Origin: Babesia bigemina
Lineage: Eukaryota
NCBI RefSeq assembly: GCF_000981445.1
Contig: NC_027216.1
Span: 558,001-622,000, forward strand
Direction of reading: 5' to 3'
DNA: 64,000 bases
Shown here piece after piece: positions 53,252-64,000 of this stretch. The translations under genes and the position numbers were made by a program. Within the stretch, counting starts at the first letter, position 1; every line of letters starts with the position of its first letter. Under the pieces are notes generated by a model, which was not told where the DNA came from, ran no database searches, and saw only the letters and a program-made list of their open reading frames with translations.

Positions 53252-53362
53252 ATTAAGCTACCATTATATTCGCTATACTAACGTTACGCCCAGGAATCCT
53301 GTAGGCGCGAGCCTGTAGGGTGGCGACGGCCGGGTTACGACGTCAAAACATCACACATCGCC

Positions 53363-53875
53363 ATGCGAGCCAACGGCCCTAATATTCTGGTCACCGGCAC
53401 GCCGGGTGTGGGCAAGACCACCCTGTGCCGCCGCTTCGCTGACGAAAGCCGGCTGAGGTACCTCAACGTCGCAGACCTGATTCGCGACGAGGAGCTCCAC
53501 GCTGGGTGGGATGACGAGCTTGAGTGCTCGATTTACGACGACAAGCTGCTGCGGAAGTCGCTGAAGAAGCGCGGCTTGAGCGACGGCGGGTTCCTGCTGG
53601 ACTTCCACTCCGTCGAGGGCATCGACAAGAAGGATGTCGACCACGTCGTGGTCCTATCGGCGGAGATCGAGACGCTCTGCGCGCGTCTCAAAGAGCGCGG
53701 CTACAGTGACCAGAAGATCGACTCGAACATCGAGGCGGAGATCTTCCAGGTGTGCTTCCAGGACGCCGTCGAGCAGTTCGGGCAGGACCGCGTGACGATG
53801 CTGCCGCACAACACTGAGGAGGAGTCGCTACAGGCCTTAGAACACGTTCGTAAGCTGGTGGCATCGTACGCCTAA
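53363..53875 (+). CDS. AK6: Adenylate kinase 6 / Fap7
   Basis: PNILVTGTPGVGKTT, LDFH, RL.ERGYS..KI..NIEAEIFQ. Confidence 0.93.
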   Translation: MRANGPNILVTGTPGVGKTTLCRRFADESRLRYLNVADLIRDEELHAGWDDELECSIYDDKLLRKSLKKRGLSDGGFLLDFHSVEGIDKKDVDHVVVLSAEIETLCARLKERGYSDQKIDSNIEAEIFQVCFQDAVEQFGQDRVTMLPHNTEEESLQALEHVRKLVASYA

Positions 53876-54846
53876 ATGAGCCCGGAGTCCCCGGTCTCGC
53901 GGTTGAAGTTGGGTGGCAGTATGCGGTGCGTGATTTTGAGGAGCTCCTTGTAGGTGGCCTTGATGGTGGACTCGCACGTTCCGCAAACCATGCAGATTTC
54001 GGCTATCTCTGGGACCTTGTTGCCGAAAACCGGCGACCACGCCACCTGGGTGACGAAGTAGATGATGGCCGCCGCCAGCGAGGTGGTGCGGTGGGAGGTG
54101 CGCAGTATGATGGTCGCCTTGCCCGCCGCGTACTCGCAGAGCGCCGCCGCCCTGCTGTTGATTTTGAGCCTCGAGCAGAGCCTGGGTATGAGCTGCGCGG
54201 TGTCCTCGACCATTGCGTTCCCGCGCATGGGCAGGATCCGCTTCAACCGGTTGATGGCCCTGCCGAGATCCTTTTGCGATATTTTGCTGTCGTACACCAC
54301 CATCTCCTTCAGGGTGCGGCAGACTCCGACCTCCCTGCTCGCCATGTATATGACGGCGAGGGTGTTGAGTCCGTTGCAGCGGCCCTTGAGCTGGTTGAGG
54401 TCGTTGAGCTCCTTCATGATTTCCTTGCCTCTATCGAGTACGACGTCGTTCACGTTGATGATGTCCCCAACGTGCCTCAGCATCGTGAAGGCGCTTTTCA
54501 GGTACCTGTCGGTGCTCTCGAAGTTGCCGACCAGGTTTTGGATGTGCTGCATCTTGCGCGAGCCCCCGATGAAGGTGGTGGAGTTCCCGCCGTCCATCCA
54601 CACATCGTTGACCTCTCCCACGCGGCTGCGTTCGTTTCCGCGGCCTCCGGTCGACTCCGAGCTGAAGTTACGCCACTCCTGCTGGTCCGAGATGAGCACG
54701 CTTTCGGCCACCCTTCCGCAGTTGACGCATATCTGGTTGCCCTCGGTGTGGTCTATGACAATGACGCCCGCATCTCCGCAATCGACGCATTGGAGCTTTT
54801 TGCGTCTTGCCAAGGCCTTGTCACGCGCACTGATTGCGGTTGACAT
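53872..54846 (-). CDS. TFIIB: Transcription initiation factor TFIIB
   Basis: Zn ribbon CVDC..CVNCG, EWRNFS..RSRVG, cyclin-like repeats. Confidence 0.93.
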   Translation of the reverse strand: MSTAISARDKALARRKKLQCVDCGDAGVIVIDHTEGNQICVNCGRVAESVLISDQQEWRNFSSESTGGRGNERSRVGEVNDVWMDGGNSTTFIGGSRKMQHIQNLVGNFESTDRYLKSAFTMLRHVGDIINVNDVVLDRGKEIMKELNDLNQLKGRCNGLNTLAVIYMASREVGVCRTLKEMVVYDSKISQKDLGRAINRLKRILPMRGNAMVEDTAQLIPRLCSRLKINSRAAALCEYAAGKATIILRTSHRTTSLAAAIIYFVTQVAWSPVFGNKVPEIAEICMVCGTCESTIKATYKELLKITHRILPPNFNRETGDSGLI

Positions 54847-55231
54847 TTTGGTGTGGTTTCGTCACTGTGGTTGCTCTAACTCGGCAACCACGTCCGCTCT
54901 TGCCCGTGCGCGCTTACGGTGTTGAGCTCCCTCTTAGAATTGCGGGTGCCGCAACTTTTGCCTCTAATTAATGCTAGTTTCAGTTTTAGTACCTGGATGC
55001 GCCCTCAAGTCTCGCATCAACACGTGCGCGCCACGGCTGCGTGCCTTCGCATCAGCCTACAGCGACCCTGCAGCACCGGCAACAACTGACACGCACGAAA
55101 GTCGCACTGTCTCGCCGCGTTACACCTTTCCACAACAGGTACCGACCTACGACACTGCTCAATTATGCCACCCCTCCAAGCATAACCGAAATGGGATGGT
55201 ACACTAACGCAACTGCAGCTACACAGCGCCG

Positions 55232-55612
55232 CTACGACGCAGCTCCCTCCTGCTTTTGCTCCGCACTTGCCGCTTTCGCCTCAAGACGCGCACGCAGCTC
55301 AAGTCGCAGCTTGCCGAACCTCGTGAATTGCATAACTCCGATGAGCGGACACGGACACCGCTGCGAGAAGCCGTGGAGGTGGCGCCAGGCCGCCGGGCAG
55401 GTGTTTTCCGCGAACTCCGGTTCCTCTACGCACACCTTGCGTTTGCAGTCGGGGCAGACTCGGTTGCGCGTGTAAACGACGACGTCACGGTTGTTGCGTA
55501 GTCGCTGCGCGTCGACCTTCAGCAACTCCAGGGCGCGTCGTCCCTTTTCCAGTACCTCGCTGGAACTTGAGTACCTGGCGCAAATTCGACGCCACAGTGC
55601 CATGCAGGACAT
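55232..55612 (-). CDS. Small Cys/His-containing protein, possibly mitochondrial
   Basis: Basic N-terminus (ALWRRICARYSS), VCPDC..C..CP.AWRHLHGFS..CPCP. Confidence 0.55.
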   Translation of the reverse strand: MSCMALWRRICARYSSSSEVLEKGRRALELLKVDAQRLRNNRDVVVYTRNRVCPDCKRKVCVEEPEFAENTCPAAWRHLHGFSQRCPCPLIGVMQFTRFGKLRLELRARLEAKAASAEQKQEGAAS

Positions 55613-55739
55613 GTATCGGCCGCCGTTATAGTCAGTGCGGGCTGCCGGTACGGAAGGCAACCGCGGATCCGGCTGCTGTCTGTGGGTGCTCGATGCGCTG
55701 CTTGGGCGCCGCGCGACGCACTTGTTCTTTTTCCACAAA

Positions 55740-56848
55740 ATGGGCGACGCCGGCCGCAACTACCACAACTTGCTGAGTTCGTTCGGCGGGACTCGGCACG
55801 CTCAGCCGTACGGTCCCCTGGCCGACACATCGGAGCAGGTGTACATTTCGTCGCTGGCCCTGCTCAAGATGCTGAAGCACGGCAGGGTAGGTTACACCTT
55901 CGGCTGGTACAGCGCCGCGCGCCGACGAGGGCTTTACACCGCTGCAGGCTGGCGTCCCGATGGAGGTCATGGGTCTCATGCTGGGCGAGTTCGTGGACGA
56001 CTACACGATCGTGGTGGTGGACGTCTTCTCCATGCCGCAATCTGGTACGTGAGTGTGTGCTACGCGTGAGAGATGTGCAGGTAACAGCGTCAGCGTCGAG
56101 GCGGTGGACCCTGTTTACCAGACCGAGATGAAGGACCAGCTGCGGCGCACTGGGCGGCCGGAGGTCGTCGTCGGCTGGTACCACTCGCACCCCGGCTTCG
56201 GGTGCTGGTTTTCGGGTACGCCGGCGGGCGCCGCGTGATCACACTGCTGCAGGCACCGACGTGAACACCCAGCAGAGCTTCGAGCAGCTGAATCCCCGCG
56301 CCGTGGGCATCGTGATCGACCCTATCCAGTCGGTGAAGGGCAAGGTGGTGATCGACTGCTTCCGCCTGATCAGCCCGCACCTGATAATGCTGGGCCACGA
56401 GGCGCGGCAGACGACGAGCAACGTCGGCCACCTGAACAAGCCCACCATCATCGCCCTCGTGCACGGGCTCAACCGCAACTACTACAGCATCGTCATCAAC
56501 TATCGGCGCAGCGTGCTGGAGACGCAGATGCTCCTGAGCTTCAACCGCAACAAGTGGGTCGACGACCTGCGCGTCCGGGTAGGTGGCGGTGTACCATGCG
56601 CCGACGTTCCGCAGGACTTCGCGCAGCGCAGGGCGGACAACCGCGAAATCGTCCGCAACATCAAGAACCTGTGTGAACGGTACGACGAGTCGATCAAGCA
56701 GGAGATCACCTCGACGCCTGACGAGCTCGCGGTGGCCAACGTGGGGAAGCTGAACGCTAAGCTGCACATCGAGAACCACGTAAGCACGCTGCTTAAGGAC
56801 AATTCCTTGGACACATTTGGCACCATGCTCGGCGTGGAAATGTTTTAA
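55740..56848 (+). CDS. RPN11: 26S proteasome deubiquitinase RPN11 (multi-exon)
   Basis: [27 protein letters not shown] motif [15 protein letters not shown]. Confidence 0.96.
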
Positions 56849-57075
56849 TATCACATTGCTAGTTGCATGTGTTAGGCGTTGGGGAGTAGTGGCGTGAGCG
56901 AGTCAGCGCTTCGGTGCGTCGTGCGCTACTGCTGGCGGCACCTGGAAAAAACGGGTGACGTATTGTCGGCCTTGCTGTGGAAGGCCACTTTTTTGGCAGA
57001 TCAGCCTGCCGAACTCCGCATCTCACGAGTAGCGTTAATGAGCGTTTGATATGCCTTTTTGCGCGCCCCGCAGGC

Positions 57076-59071
57076 GCGGACTCCCCGCCCGCGTGCCTGT
57101 CGAGCACCTGCTTGAGGTGCTGAAGGATCTGAACTGCTCCCGAGTCGGCGTGAAGTCCATCTATGAACGGTAAGTGTGGGACGCCGGTGTCCATAGATGT
57201 GCAGCTTCCGCCGTCTTGCGCCCACCGGGCTGATATCGCTACCGAAATTTCGGGAATCACTGGGTTTGCTGGGTCTATTCGGCAAGCTTCTGGCGGAGAG
57301 CCTTTTTTTCGCGTTCGACTACGACAACGATGGGTTCCTGAACGTCGTCGACTTCACCCGCGCGGTGCTGATTATGCTCATCGGCTCGGACAAGCGTCGC
57401 CTCGAGCTCAGCTTCCGTATTCTGCAGACGCCGAGCCGCCAGGAGGCGGGCACCATCTCCATGAAAGAGGGAGACGCCCCCCCCGAGCCGTCCGGAATCG
57501 ACCTGAAGTCGTTCACGCGCATCGTCAACGACATCCGGACCACCCGGAACGTCCTCACCGGCCAGTCGGTGCCTAACCCGTCACCGGAGCACGTGGAGAA
57601 CGTGTTCAAGAAAAACTCCAGCATCTGCATCGACGGCGTGGCGCGCATCACGCAGCACGACTTCGAGCGCGCTGTCCACTGCTCGAAGGAGTTCGTGGAG
57701 CTTATGGGCGCGCCCTGCCGAAGATACGCAGTGGAGGCGTCCATTGTGCCCGGCAAGCTGCCGGTGGAAATCTCCCCCGCCTGCCGGCCCTTTACCAAGT
57801 GCGGGTCCGAGGACTTCAACCTCAGGAGGCAGAGGACGTACATCAACCGGACGACGCAGCATCGCAGGAGGTACCACGATAGCGACACTGATGAGTCGCT
57901 TCCGCTGAAATCGCAGGGCGTTTCGCGTCCGTGGCTGTCTCCCCGTCGTGGCCTCGCCGTTTACTTCGGTCACGAGCGGTGGAACGACGTGATCAACGTG
58001 ATGGTCGGCCTGGGCCTCACCGCTCGCAAGGACATCGGCGACGTGACCAGGGAGCTGATACCGGCCGACTTCACCGACAAAGTTACGCTGTCCATCCTGC
58101 CGGACACCATCTCCGGGCTGATGCCGTCGCTGAAGTTCGTCGAGCACGACGACCGGCACCAGTTCCGGCGGGACGACGACCCCAACAAGATAATCTTCAC
58201 CGAGCACGCGCCGCTGGTGTTCAAGCGTCTGCGCAAGCTGATGAACCTGTCGGAGGACGAGTACATCCAGTCGGTGGGCCCCGAGCACCTGGTCGGCAAC
58301 ATGATGCTGGGCAACCTAAGCACGCTCTCGGAGCTGCTGTCGGAGGGCAACAGCGGCGCGCTGTTCTACTTTACGGCGAACGGCCGTCTGGTGCTGAAGA
58401 CCGTGACGCGGCAGACTGCGGAGTTCGTGCAGAGGTGGCTGCCCAGCTACTACGAGCACATGCGGGATAACCCCCAGACGCTCATCACGCGTCTCGTCGG
58501 TTTGTTCTCCATCACGCAGTGCAAGCGCGGCGGGTCGACGACGTACTTTATCATTATGAACAACGTGTTTTACTCGTCCGTCGCCATCCACCGCCGCTTC
58601 GACCTGAAGGGTTCCTGGGTGGGTCGGTCGGTCCCGCTCCACGAGCGCAAGGACCACACGGTGGCGCTGAAGGATCTGGACATGGTGGAGCTGGAGGAGT
58701 TCATGGAGCTGTCGGAGTCGCGCTCGAGCGCGCTGTTCGAGACGCTGCAGCGCGACGTCGACTTCCTCTCCAAGTCCATGCTGATGGACTACTCGCTGCT
58801 GCTGGGCATCCACTACCGCTCGATGTCGGATGACGACGTGAACTGGCAGCAGGACCCCGACCCCAGGCAGATGTCGTGCTTCATGGGCAAGAACCGCGAC
58901 CGGCTGTACTTCGTCGGCCTGATCGACGTGCTCACGGAATGGGACGTGCGAAAGCGCCTCGAGTACGCGTGGCGTCGCCTGAGGACGTTCAACAACCCGG
59001 GGGTGTCGTGCACCCCTCCCGAACGTTACGCAGAGCGTTTCGTCAGCTTCATGAAGAGTCGCGTTGCGTGA
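57076..59071 (+). CDS. PIP5 kinase with N-terminal EF-hand/NCS-like domain (5' end uncertain)
   Basis: DYDNDGFLNVVDF, SEGNSGALFYFT, FDLKGS, LKDLD, MDYSLLLGIH, GLIDVLT, PERYAERF. Confidence 0.9.
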
Positions 59072-59082
59072 ATAATGTGCTT

Positions 59083-61250
59083 TTAGTTCATGTCCCTGCA
59101 TATTAGGTGCAGCACGATAAGCGGCTTGGGCAGCGCGCTGGTCACGGTCTGTATCCGCCACAGCACGTCCACGTTGGCGGCGTACGAGATGCAGCCGGCG
59201 TGCGGCAGCTGGAAGAACGCCAGGTTCTTCTGCACGCGGCACTTTGACTCCAGGTACAGGTCGTGCACCTCCGAGGTCATGCCGTGCTTGAGGATGAGCT
59301 CGGCCAGGGGCGGCGTGCGCCGCGTGATGTCAATGTACACAGTTCCGCAGTTGACCAGGAACAGTCGTAGGTGGCGCATGATGGCCGTGTGGTACATGAA
59401 CTCGGACTCGTCCAGCTTGTAGTAGCCCGAGTTGTCGCTCGTGAAGGAGAGCTCGTCGGCGCACTTGATCGTGCACTTCGCGATGCTGACCTTCCTGAAC
59501 CCGTTCTTTAGCAGCACGCGCTCGGCAGCGGCGCCGACTCCGATGGTGGCTTCGGTGGGAAGCTCGATGCGCAGCGTCTGCGCCCTTGGGGTGCGATCGT
59601 CGTAGTCGTGGTCGTCGGACCGGGCGGACAGCAGCGTCTCGGTGCTGTCGCGGAAGGTGTCGTGGTCGCGCGGCGACGGGGCGTAGCACTCCACGTCCGT
59701 CAGGCTGTTGGCGTCCCCCTCGCCGAACTCGTGGAGGGTGCACGGGGTCGGTACCGGGGTCTCCGCGGGTTTCTCGAGCAAGAAATTGATGAGTTTGTGG
59801 TGTTTCATCGTGTAGTCCTCTTTCACAGTGGACTCTATGAGTTCCCGCGTGGTCCTCTCGGTGCGCTTGCCGCTCTCATTCATGTAGAGCTCGTTGTAGA
59901 CGCACCTCAGCGCCAGGTCGCTGACGTTGTAGTGCTTTTTGCGCTCGTGGAGCCCGATGATGCTGCAATGAGGGAAGAGCTGGTTGCACTCATTTTCCGA
60001 CAGCCAGTTCACGCGCAGGATGCTGTTCTCACGACGAGATGCGATAGGTGGCAGTTTGTCCAGGTCGACTTCCGACACGGCGACGGTTTCATCCATGTCG
60101 ACCTCGGGCATGTGCGGAGTCTCATCGTAGAAGAAGGTGTTGGGGGTCACGTCGCGCGGGACGGCGCTCTCAACTACTGTGGCCGCAGCCTCAGGCGGCA
60201 GCTCCGGGGCGGCGGGCAGCGGCTCCGGTGCGTCCGGAATAGTGATGGCCTCCTGCGGGAGGTGCTCGGGTAAAGGCTCCGCCGGCACTGCCTGTCGAGC
60301 CTTGGCTGCAAGCCGCTGTTTGTACTCCTGTACGGCCTGCAAATTAACCCTGAACGTGAACTTGAAGGACGCCTGCTGCGGCGCTCCCGCCTCAACTGAC
60401 TGCGTCGCTGCTGCTTGGCCGCCTGTTGCGACAGCGGTGGGTTCAGCAGCGACCGAACTGGCTGGTTCTGAGGTGTTATCCGTCACTGTGGTGACCGTTT
60501 GTGCGGTGTCGGACACGGCGCGCAGCGGCGCGGTCGCTGGGACGGCCGTGTCTAGAGTTGAGACATTAAGAGTTGCGGCGGCTTTCTTGTGGCTAACGTC
60601 GTCGTCTACATTCATGCTCGCGCTGTACTGCGCTTTGTGTTTCCCCCGCTGCCTCTGAGCGTTGGCCTTTGCCAGAAGCCGCTCAACCTTATCCTGCGAC
60701 GCCTCCCACCTGCAGCGCATGTGTGGGCGCTTCGCCGAACTCACATTTTTTCAAATTTCGCCTTGTTGGTCTCCGCGGCATCGTAAATCCACTTGTTGAC
60801 CCCCACGGGCGGGTTGAAGCGCATACAGTTGTCGTAGATGAGCAGCATGTCGTCCTTGAATTCGTCCGGCGTCATGTATATGCCATTGTCCAGTTTGGCC
60901 TGCAGCTCGTGTAAGCCGTGTGCGGCAACCTCACCTTTACTGTCTTGTAGTCCATCGGCTTGGCGATGATCGCTCGGTACGCCTCCTTGACAGCCGGCGT
61001 GATTACGGAATCACTGGCTTCCAGCACGGGGTGGGCGAAGAGCGTGCCAAAGCGATCCGCGCGCATCCTCTTGAGTATCTGCACAATTTTTTGACGGCAG
61101 GAATATGCGCGCGCCGTGACAACGTCGATAGCGAGATCGAGTGCGGTGGACGCGGTAACGCAGTCTACTCGCGACGCTTACACAGGCTGCTTTTGCGCGT
61201 CAACTCACTTTTTGTGCGCAGAATTGTCGCCATATTTTCCCGCTCTCCAT
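59083..61250 (-). CDS. Bromodomain-containing protein (multi-exon; includes ORF 59083-60744)
   Basis: LFAHPV..Y..II.KPMDY.TVK.KL..Y...EF..DMLLIYDNC..FN. The GTGAGT at 60744 is a splice donor linking to WEASQDK. Confidence 0.82.
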
Positions 61251-61616
61251 CCTGTGAAACCATTGCTTCCAAAAGTTGGCTTGTGGCAAGTTGCCGGCGC
61301 CGCGAGGGTCGGGCGAGTGGCCGCGTGCACTAGACAGGGCGAACACACCCAAGAAGGCCGCACCGCGCGGCGCGCTGTCCGATCCGCCAAATGAGCACAT
61401 TTCAGCCGTCGTAAGGACGTAGATTCGTCGACGGGCTTCGTGGTGGTTGTCGTTGCCCATTTTCAGCTGCCTGCTGGTCTGACGTCCGCAGACGACCTCG
61501 GCGGCGTGGCACACCAGCCTGCGTGAAACAGGCGTCTGTAATAGCGGATACGCATGTCACATTGATGTGTGGCAATTTCGCGCCGCATACAGCCGTTTTC
61601 TAGTCGCCCATCACGC

Positions 61617-63776
61617 ATGGCGGAGAACAGCGATGCGAAGCCGTCGGCGGCGAGTGCCGCCAATGTGTCCGTCGACGACACCGACAGGATCCCCCGGATC
61701 AAGCGGCTGCCCGCGAGGAACTTCGACGAGCTCGAAAATGAGAGCAAGAAGCACAGCGGCGCCCCCGCTGTCTCCTCGGATCCTGCGCCGCCGAAGGATG
61801 TGCTCCTGCTGAAGCAGGAGGACCCGGAATCGAGCCCCGTCCCCATCAAGCTGGTGGCGCTGCCGCCGAAAGACACGGTGAAGGTGAAGACGGAGCCGCG
61901 GGAGAAGCTCGCCATCACCGAGGACATCGTAGAGCCGATCGACCGGTGGTGGGAGAAGGTAGACAAGGACTTCGACATCGAGAAGATCCTCAAGTACGAG
62001 AACCAGAGCAGCCACTGGGACTACCTGGAGCACAACGGCATGATATTCACCCCCGAATACCAGCCGCACGGCATCCCGATCAAGTTCAAGGGCGAGGTCG
62101 TGCCGCTGACGCCGGACCTGGAGGAGGTGGCGACTTTCTGGGCGCAGTCCATCGGCACGCCCTACGAGGAGAGCGACATCTACAAGCGCAACTTCTGGGA
62201 GACCTTCGTGGGCATGCTGCCCAAGGGGCACGTGATCCGCTCCCGCCGCGGCCGCCTGACGGACTGCGACTTCTCGGACATCAAGGCGCACCTCGAGGCT
62301 GAGAAGGAGAAGAAGAAGGAGAACAAGGAGTACTACAAGGCGCTGAAGGAGGAGACGGCCAAGAGGGAGCACCGTTACGGCTACGCGCTGGTGGACTGGA
62401 TCCGCGAAAAGGTGAGCTCCAACCGGATGGAGCCCCCGGGGCTGTTCAAGGGCCGCGGGCTGCACCCGAAGCAGGGCCTGCTGAAGGCGCGCATCTTCCC
62501 GGGCAGCGTGGTGCTGAACGTGTCGAAGGACGCGCCGGTGCCGAAGGTGGAGATGTTCGAGCGCGACGGCCACTGCTGGTCCGACGTGTTCCACGACAGC
62601 TCGGTGACCTGGCTGGCCTACTACCGCGACTCCGTCAACGACCAGTTCAAGTACATGTACCCCGCAGCGCAGTCCAAGTTCAAGGGGCTGCACGACTTTT
62701 TGAAGTACAACAAGGCCCGTGAACTGAAGAAACACATCGAGACTGTCCGCAAGGACTACCACGCGAAGATGCGGTCGTCTGACATGGTGGATCGCCAGCT
62801 CGGCACCGCGACCTACCTCATCGACTTTTTGGCGCTCAGGGTTGGCGGCGAGAAGGACGCCGAGGAGGCCGACACCGTCGGCTGCTGCAGCCTGCGAGTG
62901 GAGCACATAAAGTTCAACAGCAGGCCGAATACCATCACCCTCGACTTCCTGGGTAAGGACTCGATTCGCTACTTCCAGACCGTGACCATCGACGAGGTGG
63001 CGTGCCGAAACCTGGCCGAGTTCTGCAAGAAGAAGCCGTCGGAGGACATATTCGACAAGATCAACACCTCGAAGCTGAACGACTATCTGAAGGAGCTCAT
63101 GGCGGGCCTGACGGCCAAGGTTTTCAGGACCTACAACGCGTCAGTGACGCTGTGCCGGCAGCTGCGCAGGCTGCGCGTGCCCAAGGCGCTGGAGCGCGGC
63201 GTGCTGCTGGAGAAGGGCGGCGGCGACGAGGAGCTGGACAAGCCGGTCTCCGTCGACGTCGGCGACGTGACGGAGCTCATCAGCTTCTACAACGAGGCCA
63301 ACCGCCGCGTGGCTATTCTGTGCAACCATCAACGTAGCGTGCCGAAGCAGCACGAGACGTCGATGTCCAAGATGCAGGCGCAGGCGGAGTCCATCGAGGA
63401 GGACATCGCCGAGCTCAAGGCCTATATTAAGTACCTGGAGGGCAAGCAGGACAAGCCGTTCAGCTTCAAGTCCAAGGCGGTCGACGCGAAGGGCAACCCA
63501 CGCAAGCCCGCGACGCGCCCCGGCATGAAGCTGGAGTCGTGCCAGCGGAAGCTGGAGGCGGCCACCAAGCGCCAAAAAACCCACGCCATCAAGATGCGCA
63601 TCAAGGACGACAACAAGACCGTCGCCCTGGGCACCTCCAAGATCAACTACATGGACCCGCGCATCACCGTGGCGTTTTGTAAGCGGTACGAAGTGCCGAT
63701 CGAGAAAATTTTCAACAAGAGCTTACGGACGAAGTTCCCGTGGGCCATGTACGCTAGTGCGGACTACGTGTTTTAG
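61617..63776 (+). CDS. TOP1: DNA topoisomerase IB
   Basis: EPPGLFKGRG.HPK, ALRVGGEK, DFLGKDSIRY, AILCNHQR, catalytic GTSKINYMDPRI. Confidence 0.97.
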   Translation: MAENSDAKPSAASAANVSVDDTDRIPRIKRLPARNFDELENESKKHSGAPAVSSDPAPPKDVLLLKQEDPESSPVPIKLVALPPKDTVKVKTEPREKLAITEDIVEPIDRWWEKVDKDFDIEKILKYENQSSHWDYLEHNGMIFTPEYQPHGIPIKFKGEVVPLTPDLEEVATFWAQSIGTPYEESDIYKRNFWETFVGMLPKGHVIRSRRGRLTDCDFSDIKAHLEAEKEKKKENKEYYKALKEETAKREHRYGYALVDWIREKVSSNRMEPPGLFKGRGLHPKQGLLKARIFPGSVVLNVSKDAPVPKVEMFERDGHCWSDVFHDSSVTWLAYYRDSVNDQFKYMYPAAQSKFKGLHDFLKYNKARELKKHIETVRKDYHAKMRSSDMVDRQLGTATYLIDFLALRVGGEKDAEEADTVGCCSLRVEHIKFNSRPNTITLDFLGKDSIRYFQTVTIDEVACRNLAEFCKKKPSEDIFDKINTSKLNDYLKELMAGLTAKVFRTYNASVTLCRQLRRLRVPKALERGVLLEKGGGDEELDKPVSVDVGDVTELISFYNEANRRVAILCNHQRSVPKQHETSMSKMQAQAESIEEDIAELKAYIKYLEGKQDKPFSFKSKAVDAKGNPRKPATRPGMKLESCQRKLEAATKRQKTHAIKMRIKDDNKTVALGTSKINYMDPRITVAFCKRYEVPIEKIFNKSLRTKFPWAMYASADYVF

Positions 63777-64000
63777 ACGTAAAGAATCACCGCCGCGTGT
63801 TCCTCGAGTCCGGGCGACCCGGTTTCGCAGTCGTCTCTGCCTGCAGAGCGTGTTGACCAGCACAGTCTGACCTACACGTGTAGAATAGTACCGATGCGAT
63901 GTGCATCGCCGCTCGGCGTGTCAGTTTCCGGCCGCTGCAGCGGATTTCAGAACGTGAACTCAACCTCTTACATGTGTTGCACTAGCGCGGGCAGCAGCTG

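Noticed and set aside
59083..60744. Independent 553-aa gene with a GTG start
   Set aside because: The GTG is a splice donor, so the ORF is the last exon of the bromodomain gene.
30367..63646. Many long antisense or alternate-frame ORFs (e.g. 30367-31767, 53926-54843, 61611-62906)
   Set aside because: Shadow ORFs caused by high GC3 in real genes.

Overview
Eukaryotic, intron-rich and gene-dense DNA from a piroplasmid apicomplexan, almost certainly Babesia. The evidence is ~30-40 nt GT-AG introns, a VESA-like gene, a CDPK and an EF-hand/PIP5K fusion. Most of the window is a GC-rich housekeeping core: COPA, kinesin-13, TatD, VAC14, UBA1, MDM35, UMP-CMP kinase, TBC RabGAP, CDPK, SPF27, TMEM33-like, SmG, SEC23, dolichol kinase, Erv, RPB9, NSUN/RsmB, AK6, TFIIB, RPN11, PIP5K, a bromodomain protein and TOP1. 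Two AT-richer islands (~5.7-10.4 kb and ~44.2-50.3 kb) interrupt it and are direct-orientation paralogues with the same layout. Each begins with a minus-strand Cys-rich single-TM microprotein, followed by an eroded ORF relic containing near-identical patches. Next comes a variable plus-strand cargo gene (a third Cys-rich TM microprotein in island 1, a short VESA-like gene in island 2), and last a 53/57-aa TM micropeptide that the ORF track misses. This cassette is the best candidate for an undescribed system. Also notable are a decayed paralogue of an orphan ORF at the window start, an ATGA stop/start overlap, and very short same-strand intergenic gaps. Exon boundaries were read by eye, and no database searches were run.
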